The translations under genes were made by a program, and so were the position numbers. This document shows positions 1 through 9,455 of a stretch of DNA of 64,000 bases, in pieces. Location of the stretch: positions 62,001 through 126,000 of the IMG/VR virus record IMGVR_UViG_3300028800_000001; one strand, given 5' to 3'. The notes beneath the pieces are model-generated. The model ran no database searches, had not been told where the DNA came from, and worked only from the letters and a program-made list of their open reading frames with translations. Position 1 is the first letter of the stretch. Every line of letters begins with the position of its first letter.

Positions 1-95
1 ACGAAGGATCGCACGCATTTGTAAAAGATAGGGCGGTATAACGCGGCATGCAGTGATAGTTACCTCAAGGTCTGTGACCTGTTCTGCGCGACTCT

Positions 96-566
96 TCATC
101 TGTTACTCAGCGTGTAAAGTTTGTGAAAAAGCGCACCCTGTGCAAAGCCCATGAGATACTGCAACTCTTTGCGTGTGAGCCGCGCCGTTGGCTGATAAGG
201 AATATCCCATGCACCAAAAAGTTTCATTGCGGCTGCGAAAAAACACTCTGCCTGTTCTTGTTTACAATGAAACGCCAGCATATCGTAAGGAGCCAGATCG
301 CGCATTACTGTTGCTTTGCGCCGCTCTTCTGCCCCTGTTGTAATGGCGCACTCAATAAGTTCTTCTGCTTGCAACAAGGTTAGCTTGTTGTACTCAGGAA
401 AACTAAGATGCGCGTGTCCCTTGACGCTTGCGCGTGGCAAGAAGAAACTGAGCGCTGCATGTCCCTCGTTTAAACAATACTCTTGCCAACGCCAGTGAAG
501 TTGTCTATCTCCAGTGCCACGAAAGATGGCGTAGCCTCGCTGTATTGATGCCTCAAGCGGTTCCAT
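96..566 (-). CDS. hypothetical protein
   Basis: 156-aa ORF, co-oriented with neighbours. Confidence 0.7.
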   Translation of the reverse strand: MEPLEASIQRGYAIFRGTGDRQLHWRWQEYCLNEGHAALSFFLPRASVKGHAHLSFPEYNKLTLLQAEELIECAITTGAEERRKATVMRDLAPYDMLAFHCKQEQAECFFAAAMKLFGAWDIPYQPTARLTRKELQYLMGFAQGALFHKLYTLSNR

Positions 567-595
567 TTTTCTACTTTCTATGCTATACTTTAAAT

Positions 596-793
596 ATGAA
601 AAGAAAAGATGCCCTGGTAAGTCGCCTGGAGGCCAACCCTAAAATGGATTGGGCACTCCGAGCATATATATTACACAATCAAGGATATACCAACAGGGGA
701 GGCAATTGGCATCCAGGCCCAGGCGCTCCCAGTTGGACGCCAAAGCCAACTAAGCCTCATCATAAGCAGAATACATCGCACGCAGACGCGTAA
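596..793 (+). CDS. possible leaderless small protein (65 aa)
   Basis: Extended -10 TGCTATACT at 581-589, ATG 6 nt later; fills the 567-749 gap. Confidence 0.4.
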   Translation: MKRKDALVSRLEANPKMDWALRAYILHNQGYTNRGGNWHPGPGAPSWTPKPTKPHHKQNTSHADA

Positions 794-1484
794 ACTGCTC
801 TGCCTTTTTCTCTTCTTGCGCTTTGGTCACGGCCTCTAACATATATTCAGCATAATACGGATGCTCCCGATCAAGGTGTCGTACATAGTATCCATAGCCA
901 CCTCTCTCCTCACATATAGCCGTCACGACACCGTAGGTGCCTTCATCATCCACATAGACAATTTGCCCCTCTTGAAACTTCGCAACAGGCTTGAGTATTT
1001 CTTTGGTACGCAGCCTTTTGATGCATTCTTTCCACTCATCGGTCAGCGCCTCCCACAAGATGTCCTCATCAAAGAGTGCCTCCGGCAGGTACAACCCTTT
1101 CTTTGTCTTGCTCTCGTTGGATTGCAGCGAAAACTCTGCATTGCCTTCATAGACGTAGGCCAGTGGATTTGTCCAGACGCCACGTACATTCAAATGCTCT
1201 AAATCCATTTGTGCTAGCCACCATACATGTTGAAATTTCTCATCAAGATAGCGAATACCTTCGGACACCCGCGCTGGAATACTCTCCAGAAATTCCATCT
1301 TGGCATACGCATACTCTAACTCTTTCATCAGCCCTACTGCCTCACCAAGCGCAGGCGACACTTTTCCAAAGGCAAAACAGGCAAGTAATACCTCACCCTT
1401 TGACGCATCATACTTTTCTGCTAGCTGCGTTATCTCGTCAAACGTCTTTTCGTCAGGGACATCAATTTCAATTCTTTTCATCAT
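750..1484 (-). CDS. hypothetical protein, RHH-like N-terminus and SH3/KOW-like C-terminus
   Basis: MKRIEIDVPDEKTFDEITQLAEKYDASKGEV; KFQEGQIVYV..GVV. Confidence 0.7.
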   Translation of the reverse strand: MMKRIEIDVPDEKTFDEITQLAEKYDASKGEVLLACFAFGKVSPALGEAVGLMKELEYAYAKMEFLESIPARVSEGIRYLDEKFQHVWWLAQMDLEHLNVRGVWTNPLAYVYEGNAEFSLQSNESKTKKGLYLPEALFDEDILWEALTDEWKECIKRLRTKEILKPVAKFQEGQIVYVDDEGTYGVVTAICEERGGYGYYVRHLDREHPYYAEYMLEAVTKAQEEKKAEQFTRLRAMYSAYDEA

Positions 1485-2253
1485 TTTCCTTCAAAAAATT
1501 ATTCCAATGCCAGTAATCAGTAAATTGACCAATGGCTACGGGAAACGGTACGACAAGGTTGAGGGTATAACGATCATGCAGTGGTGAACTATATTCCGGT
1601 AGCGCATACCCATCAAGCGGAGTGAGTATCTTCTGCCAACGCGCCTGCTCTTCGCTGAAGTGCTCGTATTCGGTCACATCGTTGCAGTCTTCAAACTCGT
1701 ATTCAATGGTGGCGCACAGCCATTTCTTGTCCTGCCAGAGCACGCTATAACCCAGGCGAAGAATGCCGTTCTTTATTGTTCTAAAGCCGTTGGCCGCAAT
1801 GAGGCGTTCCTCTTGCTGTGTGAGTGGATACGGTCCGTACGGACCATCTTTTTGATACGAGAGTCCCAGGCGTTCAAACTGAAGCGGTGTCCAGTGTTCA
1901 GTACTCTCACACAGCCCATTGGTGAGGAACCAGAGCGGCCCCTGTTCGGTCACAACAAAGGGATCATGATCCACAAGCAGATAGCCCTGATTTTTTGCTG
2001 CGAGGAGTGCGTTCTCGACCGCCGCTTCCTCTGAAGGCGCATAGTACACGTCCACTGGATCAGCGTCCTCTACCCACGCCTCAAAGCTCTCCGCATCAAT
2101 CTCCGCTTGTAGACGAAGATAGGCTTTGATACCTTCCGCATCTAGCTCGTAGAGTGAAACGCCGTAGGCTTTGCCGTTACCATCGCAACTTCCACAATCG
2201 CATCCACTGCCGTGTCGATCATGATCAAGAAGGCATTCATCTAAGTAGTACAT
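1468..2253 (-). CDS. hypothetical protein
   Basis: Start MYYLDE after AAGGGA SD. Confidence 0.75.
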   Translation of the reverse strand: MYYLDECLLDHDRHGSGCDCGSCDGNGKAYGVSLYELDAEGIKAYLRLQAEIDAESFEAWVEDADPVDVYYAPSEEAAVENALLAAKNQGYLLVDHDPFVVTEQGPLWFLTNGLCESTEHWTPLQFERLGLSYQKDGPYGPYPLTQQEERLIAANGFRTIKNGILRLGYSVLWQDKKWLCATIEYEFEDCNDVTEYEHFSEEQARWQKILTPLDGYALPEYSSPLHDRYTLNLVVPFPVAIGQFTDYWHWNNFLKENDEKN

Positions 2254-2254
2254 G

Positions 2255-2719
2255 CTACATCCCTTCCTTAAAATGTTTATCGAGCTCACGGCGAAACGCC
2301 GCATCACTATAGAGAAAAGCGTTTTCCTCGCGTTCTTTTTGCATTGTCTTTAACTCTTCTCGTACAATCTCTAGCGTTGCTGGCTCTGCACCACGCCTGG
2401 AGAGACGCATAAGTGCAACCAGGAAATCTGTCTTGCTACAGGAAAGATGCTCAGCAATGTTAGTAAGTTGTGCAACGCGTTCTTTATCGACCACACTATC
2501 TATGCGGTTTACGATTTCTTCAGTGTCTCGAAAGAGAGTGCGGCTTGCCCCTTCTTCCTGGCGTATTTTTTGTAGTTCTTCTTCGATTTGTTCTACTTCG
2601 GGGTCTTGTATGCCCCGCTCAAACAAACGTCTCGCCACTAAAATGATCGTGGCTTTACTCGTTTCAAAGTATTCAGCAAGCTTCTGAAGATGTTGTTGCT
2701 GTTGTTTATTTAATTCCAT
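2255..2719 (-). CDS. hypothetical protein with two internal RHH-like repeats
   Basis: LQKLAEYFETSKATIILVARRLFERG / LTNIAEHLSCSKTDFLVALMRLSRRG. Confidence 0.7.
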   Translation of the reverse strand: MELNKQQQQHLQKLAEYFETSKATIILVARRLFERGIQDPEVEQIEEELQKIRQEEGASRTLFRDTEEIVNRIDSVVDKERVAQLTNIAEHLSCSKTDFLVALMRLSRRGAEPATLEIVREELKTMQKEREENAFLYSDAAFRRELDKHFKEGM

Positions 2720-2723
2720 AGGT

Positions 2724-3140
2724 CTAACTCCACTGCGAAACTAATTCATACTCTAATGCGCTCTTCACGTGAAACCATGCCCTTACTATCCACCCTTCCG
2801 CAGGAGCCGTTGTGCCCCACCAACGACTGCTGTAGAGAATTGCCCCATCACTGCGAGTGTGCCACTCTGGAAGAATGTGATGTGCCTTCAAATGAAGCTC
2901 CCATAAGCGATATCCGCCACACAACGTTCTTGGGGGTATCCAAAGCTCTTTTGGCTTTTCCCCAATTTCCTCCAGGTAGCCGTCCAACTGATACGGGGCA
3001 ATAGAAAAATCTTGCTCGTCAGCGCGCCGCTCAACCAGACTATAAATGTTGCAGCCAAGAGGTGTGCACGCTTTGGCAATACGTACCTGCTCCGCTAGAA
3101 ATGCTCGCTCTTCATCAATAAGCCGCATTACGGTTCTCAC
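2724..3140 (-). CDS. hypothetical protein
   Basis: ORF tiling. Confidence 0.7.
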   Translation of the reverse strand: MRTVMRLIDEERAFLAEQVRIAKACTPLGCNIYSLVERRADEQDFSIAPYQLDGYLEEIGEKPKELWIPPRTLCGGYRLWELHLKAHHILPEWHTRSDGAILYSSRWWGTTAPAEGWIVRAWFHVKSALEYELVSQWS

Positions 3141-3150
3141 TGTTCTACCG

Positions 3151-3723
3151 CTAGAACGGTATTTTGCTATAGGTCACTTTTAGGTAGAGATACTTCCCAA
3201 CGTAGCTGGTGAGCTCTTCGATCAAATCGTGTCCACCAACTTTTAATTCTTCGTCCGTCCAGAGATAGCCCGTAATCTCGCTGTAGCGAATGTCAAAATC
3301 CACTTCACCTAAGCCATCCAGGCGTCCAAGAAATGCCTCTTGAAGCTCGTCCTCGTCGGTCACTGACTGATCTGTGATATAGTAGGAAACCGAAAGGTAC
3401 TTCCCGTATTCATCTCTGCCCTCTTGAACAGTCCGAGCAAGTGGCTCGCCGTTCACAAGAAGAATGCCGTCTAGCTCATCGTCATAATGCTCTCCAAGGC
3501 TTAATTTTCCTGTATAGACTTCTGTCGGTCGCTCGAAGAGCTCTTTGAACGAGATTTTCGCTTCGTGCAAGTTTAGTTTTGTGCGATGGCGCAAGGCAAT
3601 CTTGAGCACCTCACCATTACTATGTACCTGCTCTACGCGCCATGACTTTGCAAACTTATTAAAGAGAACAGTTACGGCCTCCTCTACGATTTTCTCTACT
3701 TGGCGTTCGTTGTAATATTCCAT
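3151..3723 (-). CDS. hypothetical protein, paralog of 3747-4316
   Basis: Shared YGKYLSVSYYI and YSEITGYL-x-T-x-EELKVGGHDLI-x-ELTSYVGKYLYLKV. Confidence 0.85.
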   Translation of the reverse strand: MEYYNERQVEKIVEEAVTVLFNKFAKSWRVEQVHSNGEVLKIALRHRTKLNLHEAKISFKELFERPTEVYTGKLSLGEHYDDELDGILLVNGEPLARTVQEGRDEYGKYLSVSYYITDQSVTDEDELQEAFLGRLDGLGEVDFDIRYSEITGYLWTDEELKVGGHDLIEELTSYVGKYLYLKVTYSKIPF

Positions 3724-3746
3724 GATAATTCCTATTCTCGATACCG

Positions 3747-4316
3747 TTATGCCGCTATACTACTATAGTGGACTTTGAGGTAAAGATACTTTCCGACATA
3801 ACTGGTGAGCTCACGAATAAGATCATGCCCACCCACTTTCAGTTCTTCAGTGGTATAGAGATAGCCAGTGATTTCGCTATAGCACACGGCGTACTGCACA
3901 TCGCTATCGCCGTCCAGAGCACGCAAGAAGGAATTCTGCAACTTCTCTTCGCTCTCCATGCGTTCATCGCTGATATAATAAGAAACCGAGAGGTATTTCC
4001 CGTAGCGCTCACGATCCCAGCGTACCCGCTGTGCCAAAGGTTCGTCATCAAGCAGCAAGATACCTTCATGCTCTTCAGGCCAGCGCCCTCCAAGAGTGAG
4101 GCGACCATGATAGACAGTGGAAGGGAACAAATCATCGTAATACGCGTAACCATTGTGCCATTTTATCTTTTCGCGGTGCTTAATGGCGACGTTAAAAGAA
4201 TATTCGTCAAACGTGGCTTCCTGTACAAACCAGGGCTTATCCATATCACGCAAAAGATCCTGTGTTACCGCCCCTAAGATTTTGCAGACTTCTTCTTTGG
4301 TATAAAAATTCTTCAT
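3747..4316 (-). CDS. hypothetical protein, paralog of 3151-3723
   Basis: Tandem duplicate. Confidence 0.85.
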   Translation of the reverse strand: MKNFYTKEEVCKILGAVTQDLLRDMDKPWFVQEATFDEYSFNVAIKHREKIKWHNGYAYYDDLFPSTVYHGRLTLGGRWPEEHEGILLLDDEPLAQRVRWDRERYGKYLSVSYYISDERMESEEKLQNSFLRALDGDSDVQYAVCYSEITGYLYTTEELKVGGHDLIRELTSYVGKYLYLKVHYSSIAA

Positions 4317-4672
4317 GCTAATTCCTCCTTGATCGGAAAGAGCCGATTATAGTATTGCATGCCCAGCTTCCCGCTCATGCAATCAGCCTGCCATTCCTGG
4401 CGTGTGACGTAGGAAAAGTAATTCAGACTAATTCCTGCGAGACGCACCAGCTTTTCGAGTGTTGGTGCGCTCAGAAGATATTCGCTGGTAACCTCTTTGC
4501 CAAAATGCCCCTGCTTCTCATGGAAGCAATGCAGTTCAAAGCGTGGATGAATACCATGTGGCGGATCATCAAAGATATAAAGATTGCCCAAGACCAGGAC
4601 GCCCCAATCGTAATCGGTCAACATCGCCTCAATTTCTTCTATGCTGTGTTTTTGTCCAACGCGTTCAATCAC
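4313..4672 (-). CDS. hypothetical protein
   Basis: 4-nt overlaps with both neighbours. Confidence 0.75.
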   Translation of the reverse strand: MIERVGQKHSIEEIEAMLTDYDWGVLVLGNLYIFDDPPHGIHPRFELHCFHEKQGHFGKEVTSEYLLSAPTLEKLVRLAGISLNYFSYVTRQEWQADCMSGKLGMQYYNRLFPIKEELA

Positions 4673-5163
4673 GGCTCGTCTCCAAAGAAGTCTTCACACT
4701 TCAGTACCAAACGATTCAAAAACAGGTAATACTCTTCTGCTGCATCGACCTCTAGCTCAATACCAACGGCACGCCGCAAGAGCTCTATACGCCTTGATCG
4801 ATCATTCTTTGTTTCTTCTAGTTGCGCAGCCGACAAATACTTCTGTATTTCGTCATCAATAATATCGTGGCAAAAGTGCGCGTTTAATTGCCCCTGGCGT
4901 GCTGTCCAGGTCTCTTCAGCCTTTTTACGCTCACTTTTAAGCAACTCTGAAACCTGCCGCATCACCGCGTTTGGCTCACGCAGCCCATTGGTCTCAATAC
5001 CCTCGTCCTCATCAAATTCGGCAAGGATAGTGCCAGTTTCCTCGTTGAAGAGCATGCCCCAATCTGCTCCTTGCTCTTTGAGAAGAAAGTATTGGAACGC
5101 TGCATACTTTTTATTTTCGTGCTTGTATAATATCGTTTTTCCATCAATAACTAGTGTAAACAT
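4669..5163 (-). CDS. hypothetical protein
   Basis: SD GAGG, ORF tiling. Confidence 0.75.
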   Translation of the reverse strand: MFTLVIDGKTILYKHENKKYAAFQYFLLKEQGADWGMLFNEETGTILAEFDEDEGIETNGLREPNAVMRQVSELLKSERKKAEETWTARQGQLNAHFCHDIIDDEIQKYLSAAQLEETKNDRSRRIELLRRAVGIELEVDAAEEYYLFLNRLVLKCEDFFGDEP

Positions 5164-5165
5164 TT

Positions 5166-5423
5166 TTACCTCTGTACTCTCGTTTCTTTAAAAACATGCT
5201 CGTACGCCGCCATCAGCAATCGGTGCGCGGCCTCTTCTGTAAGCGCTCCTGGCATAAACTGCATGCGTTTGCGCACGTCTTCAACAATAAAGATGGCAGG
5301 CATAAATGCTGCTGCCACCAATTCTCGTTCCAAAACAATGCCGCTATCCATCAGATTACGCACCATTATTTGCATGCGCCACTGTGGGTCATAGGCATCA
5401 TGTGTTGCTGGCATCTTTACCAC
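5166..5423 (-). CDS. hypothetical protein
   Basis: ORF tiling. Confidence 0.65.
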   Translation of the reverse strand: MVKMPATHDAYDPQWRMQIMVRNLMDSGIVLERELVAAAFMPAIFIVEDVRKRMQFMPGALTEEAAHRLLMAAYEHVFKETRVQR

Positions 5424-5875
5424 CGTCCTTCCAGGATCATATGCTCACGCGCAGCAAAGCGAAACAGGCGCGTAAGATCAACAACTTCTTCCTGCGTGAT
5501 CCCATCTTCGAGCGTTTGAATACACGTATCGCCAAACCACGCTCGACTACTTTGTTCGTTGTGATCGCGTTCATGTTCAAGAAACCAGGGCAGAGCCGAC
5601 GCAGCAATTTGTACATCAGGCTCATCTCCCCACAAGGGAAGACTCTCGATAAGCGCGGTAAGCTTTCCCGCCATCAATGCAACCTGCTCCTCTGAAATGG
5701 TCTCTTGATAGAGGCTTTGCCCCGTCACATCTTCAATGAATTGATCATAGACTTTCCCACGAAGCCATCCAGGGTCAGTGGCAAGCATGCCACGCGTAAT
5801 ACTACTGGCATTGGGCCATGCAATGACCTTATCCTTTACTGGAGCACGCCTTGCAAAGTAGTTATCAAGCCCCAT
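5417..5875 (-). CDS. conserved phage protein, MGLD-start family
   Basis: MGLDNYF N-terminus, W C-terminus; similar architecture to 21643-22128. Confidence 0.75.
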   Translation of the reverse strand: MGLDNYFARRAPVKDKVIAWPNASSITRGMLATDPGWLRGKVYDQFIEDVTGQSLYQETISEEQVALMAGKLTALIESLPLWGDEPDVQIAASALPWFLEHERDHNEQSSRAWFGDTCIQTLEDGITQEEVVDLTRLFRFAAREHMILEGRW

Positions 5876-6068
5876 TTCTTTCCTCCTGTAGTTTCTTTTT
5901 GTTCCACTGGCGCTGCTTACGAATCTGCATCTGGTGCATCACCCGATTTTGAACGCTACTCGTAGCCATCAACTTCGGATAGGCACTTCGGCCATACTTT
6001 TTTGAATAGTTTCTAGGCATACGCTTATCAAATGGATACGTATGCCGCGAATGCGATCCGCCGTTCAA

Positions 6069-7076
6069 TTACACCTCCTGGTAATCACTCTTCTCGCCAA
6101 AAAGATAAGTATCACCAACATATTTAAGGACAACACGCCCCACCTTTGGGTCTGTGCGCTCCTGCAACGGTTTGACCACCACGCCCTCACGCATATGAGC
6201 GTTCTGCTCCATCAGCATTGTCTTTCCTTCGCTGTAGGCTTTAACGGTCTCCAGACTATAAGGAATGCGTGCAAGCTCTGGTACCGTCTCAATACCGTTC
6301 AAATGGCACACCGTCAGCAGGCTGTCCCAATCCAGGTAGTGCCCATCAACATAGATGTCAAAGACACGGTATCCTAGTCCTTTGACGCCGTACTGAAGGC
6401 TCTGCACACCAGGGCCATAAATCTCACCGTAAAAGATGACTTGACGATGCAATTCTGCTGCACGCTCAAGATAGGTGCGCACCGGCTCTAGCGAAAGCGG
6501 ATACCAATAGAGATTGCGGCTGTAGTCCGTTGGCTCTTTGCGCCGCATCGCATGCGAGCCTGCCATAAATTGCCCATTGATAATTCCCACGCGACTGTTA
6601 CTGCCGTGCAGCTTTTCAGTAATTACCACTTCTTCGCCAGGATGAAAAATGGTTGGGAAATTGCGCATGTTCTCGATTTCGGTATATTTCGTAAACAATG
6701 GATCATCCACCTCGTAATCAGCGACACCAGCGCGTACCGGTGGAAAGTATTTTTCCGCACCATAGAAGTCAGCGACGTTCTCGCCCACTTCCCACTCTTG
6801 ATCTGGTGGAATGGCAAGACCGAAGGACGGCTCGCCGCGTAGTCGTGCGCAACGAATACGCTGTTTGGATAAGTATTTGGTCACGTTTAACTTCTCAGAA
6901 AGTTCAAACGGTAAAATGGTGTCTATAGGGAAGTACACCACACGATCCCCTACCTGATACTCCCCTTTTCTGACGACAAGCTGCCAACCAAGAACGGTGG
7001 CGAGCTCTAGCGCATCAGCGTTGGTGTGTGGACGCAGTGACTCAATCGTGGCGACCGGAACAAGTAAACTACTCAT
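6069..7076 (-). CDS. RNA ligase, Rnl2-like (DRB0094 family) with N-terminal OB domain
   Basis: HTNADALELATVLGWQLVV, motif I TEKLHGSN, YGEIYGPG, VFDI, REGVVVK, LKYV. Confidence 0.9.
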   Translation of the reverse strand: MSSLLVPVATIESLRPHTNADALELATVLGWQLVVRKGEYQVGDRVVYFPIDTILPFELSEKLNVTKYLSKQRIRCARLRGEPSFGLAIPPDQEWEVGENVADFYGAEKYFPPVRAGVADYEVDDPLFTKYTEIENMRNFPTIFHPGEEVVITEKLHGSNSRVGIINGQFMAGSHAMRRKEPTDYSRNLYWYPLSLEPVRTYLERAAELHRQVIFYGEIYGPGVQSLQYGVKGLGYRVFDIYVDGHYLDWDSLLTVCHLNGIETVPELARIPYSLETVKAYSEGKTMLMEQNAHMREGVVVKPLQERTDPKVGRVVLKYVGDTYLFGEKSDYQEV

Positions 7077-7091
7077 AGATTTTCCTTCTTT

Positions 7092-7271
7092 CTATTTGAG
7101 GAAACAAAAAATAATGCCAAGAATAAGCAGCAAAGAAAAAAGAACAAGCGCGCAAATATGTGGGATGGCGCGTGTCTTTATCGCAAACGCGGGGTGCCGC
7201 TTCGTCCACCAGACAAGCCAATTTAGAAGCAGCACACTAAGGAAAATGAAGGTTACCCCAAGAGGCGTCAT
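7092..7271 (-). CDS. small membrane protein (59 aa, not in ORF track)
   Basis: MTPLGVTFIFLSVLLLNWLVWW...; two hydrophobic segments; ATGA overlap. Confidence 0.65.
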   Translation of the reverse strand: MTPLGVTFIFLSVLLLNWLVWWTKRHPAFAIKTRAIPHICALVLFSLLLILGIIFCFLK

Positions 7272-7597
7272 AGCGCCCTCATCAGGGTAACGTCGCCTGC
7301 GTGTGTGAAGCCACCATCAGGAGCCTCGTAGGGCTCTTCTTCCCATCCGCAATGGCTACAATAGGAAGCTCCAACAGAAAGCAGTTTACGCTCAAAACAA
7401 TAGGGGCACTGCTCTTCTTGCAGTTTTACGAGCAATGTTTCTGGCATCGTTTTGAGTTCACCGCAAGACGCGATTGCGTACCAGTTGCGCTGCTCACCGT
7501 TTGGGAGCACCTCTGGCTCCAGCACATTGATGACGTGCGCCAGAATGCGTTCGTTGTAGTTTGACTTTATAGTGACCAGATCGTTGAGATTAAGCAT
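7268..7597 (-). CDS. hypothetical protein with zinc ribbon
   Basis: CPYC...CSHC. Confidence 0.7.
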   Translation of the reverse strand: MLNLNDLVTIKSNYNERILAHVINVLEPEVLPNGEQRNWYAIASCGELKTMPETLLVKLQEEQCPYCFERKLLSVGASYCSHCGWEEEPYEAPDGGFTHAGDVTLMRAL

Positions 7598-7832
7598 TAT
7601 TTTTCTCCTCTTTCAACGCGTCATATTTTGCCTGTAAATCCTCACCAGGAAATAACACCTCTAACTGTTTGCGCACCCGCGACGCGATACAATTCTCACC
7701 ACACACCACATGCTCGCACACGTCTTCGGTAGACGCTGGACAATAAATGCATTCATTTCCCTCGTAGTCACCCAACACCTGCTCGTGATTGCATACCAAC
7801 GCTAACATTGCTTCTATTGCTATATCGTTCAT
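7590..7832 (-). CDS. hypothetical protein
   Basis: TTCAAGGAG leader downstream of promoter P1. Confidence 0.75.
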   Translation of the reverse strand: MNDIAIEAMLALVCNHEQVLGDYEGNECIYCPASTEDVCEHVVCGENCIASRVRKQLEVLFPGEDLQAKYDALKEEKNNA

Positions 7833-7864
7833 CTTCTTTTCTCCTTGAATTTTCTTACAAGGGA

Positions 7865-7918
7865 AGCATAGCGTAAAATACAGAAAACGTCAAGCGTTTT
7901 TTCTCTGTATTTTCAGAA
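7865..7918 (-). promoter_or_regulatory. promoter module P1
   Basis: TTCTGAAAATAC...TTGACG-N17-TATGCT. Confidence 0.85.
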
Positions 7919-8498
7919 GATACTGGCGTACTCGGCACACGTCCTTTGGCGCAATAACCAGCAAAAGATCAGGATGACGATCCCTTTTCAAGCTATCGCA
8001 CTCGTCACAGGCCGGAACACAATTATCCCAGGTGGTGCCACCCCCTTTCGATATCGGAACGAAATGATCCATGCGTTTCCACGGTCGCCTTTGGCAATAG
8101 GCACACTGCTGTGCGAAGTAGTCCAGCGTTTCTCTCCACTCTGTGAGCGTCAAGGTTGCTGGCGTTCCAGCTTTGAGCGCACGTTGTCTTTGACGCTGAA
8201 TATACGCCTTTGACGCATGCATTGGGAGCGGCTCAAGTTCTTGCGGCTGTTCTTCTATCTCAGGCGTCAAGTTGGTAAGAAATTCGCTATAGACTTGTTG
8301 CTGGTAGAGCGAGGTTGCAGAGGAAAGCAGCGCATGCCCCTCTGCAACCAGATCACATTCTGGTCTTCGTAGTAGTTTTAGAAGGTATTCGTGTGCCTGA
8401 TATTTTTCAGAGAACGCAATGGAGGCGTCAGGATGTGCCTCCATGTAGCGTTTTCCCAGGCGCATGAGCCCTGTATAATAGGCAATCAACTCTTTCAT
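7890..8498 (-). CDS. HNH endonuclease
   Basis: CAYC, DHFVPISKGGGTTWDNCVPACDECD. Confidence 0.85.
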   Translation of the reverse strand: MKELIAYYTGLMRLGKRYMEAHPDASIAFSEKYQAHEYLLKLLRRPECDLVAEGHALLSSATSLYQQQVYSEFLTNLTPEIEEQPQELEPLPMHASKAYIQRQRQRALKAGTPATLTLTEWRETLDYFAQQCAYCQRRPWKRMDHFVPISKGGGTTWDNCVPACDECDSLKRDRHPDLLLVIAPKDVCRVRQYLLKIQRKNA

Positions 8499-9070
8499 TT
8501 TTTACTTTGTAAGTACGTTTGTACTCTCGCTAGATCATCTGCCGGAAGGCCAATGCCTTCACTGAGCAGCTTCACACCTTTCTCCTGATCACAATACGAA
8601 CAAGCTGGAACACAGTTGTCCCAGGCCGTTCCCCCACCACGCGTAATAGGGATAAAGTGTTCTAGACATTCCCACAGCGCACGCTGACAATACGCACAGC
8701 GGTGATGAAAGTATTCTAACGTCTCTTTCCATTGTTCAACAGTGAGAGTGGCAGCGCGCCCTGCACGCTTCGCACGCAAATTATGCCAGAGAATATAGGC
8801 ATCTACATCCGTATAACGCCCTCGCAGCAGCAAGAGTGATGGATTTTCAGCGCGTAGCGTCTCAAGAAAGGTAGTGTAGACATTTTTCTCTAATGACGAT
8901 TTTGCCTGAGAAAGAAGTCGCTCCCCTTCCATTTCCCAGGCGTCTTCGTTCTTCTTTAGAATGGTAAGGATGCTTGCATAAGCGTCTGCTTTTTGCTTGA
9001 GTACGCGATGACGCGTACTGTTTTGCAGCGCCACACCAAACAATTGCTCATAATGCGTATGCATATTCAT
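8495..9070 (-). CDS. HNH endonuclease, paralog of 7890-8498
   Basis: CAYC, EHFIPITRGGGTAWDNCVPACSYCD. Confidence 0.85.
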   Translation of the reverse strand: MNMHTHYEQLFGVALQNSTRHRVLKQKADAYASILTILKKNEDAWEMEGERLLSQAKSSLEKNVYTTFLETLRAENPSLLLLRGRYTDVDAYILWHNLRAKRAGRAATLTVEQWKETLEYFHHRCAYCQRALWECLEHFIPITRGGGTAWDNCVPACSYCDQEKGVKLLSEGIGLPADDLARVQTYLQSKK

Positions 9071-9077
9071 CTCTTAT

Positions 9078-9455
9078 TTATTCCTCTAACCAGAGCATGC
9101 CATCAGAATAGTAAAGCATATCCTTCGTTCTCGGCAGCAAGTAACAGTGAACATCCGCGCCAACTTTCCCTACTTCAGTGAGTGGGTTAAAACAATAATG
9201 CGTACAAAATTCGCTATCCATCCATGCGGTCACCATATTGTTGCGTAGCAATGAAGTGGGAACATTTTTATTTTGAAGGACACGAATGTCATACTCTCCT
9301 TCGGCAACAACCAGGATCTCAAATTCTTTTCCCCAGGTGCGCAACAGGCCACCAACTGCACTGTCAGCCGTAGCCGCACATTCCCAGCAACCAGGACGAC
9401 CATCAAAGTAGGCCATATAATCATCCTGTCTTTTTTGCACTCGAATAACGGTCAT
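9078..9455 (-). CDS. hypothetical protein, HicB-like N-terminus
   Basis: IRVQKRQDDYMAYFDGRPGCWECAATADSAV pattern. Confidence 0.6.
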   Translation of the reverse strand: MTVIRVQKRQDDYMAYFDGRPGCWECAATADSAVGGLLRTWGKEFEILVVAEGEYDIRVLQNKNVPTSLLRNNMVTAWMDSEFCTHYCFNPLTEVGKVGADVHCYLLPRTKDMLYYSDGMLWLEE

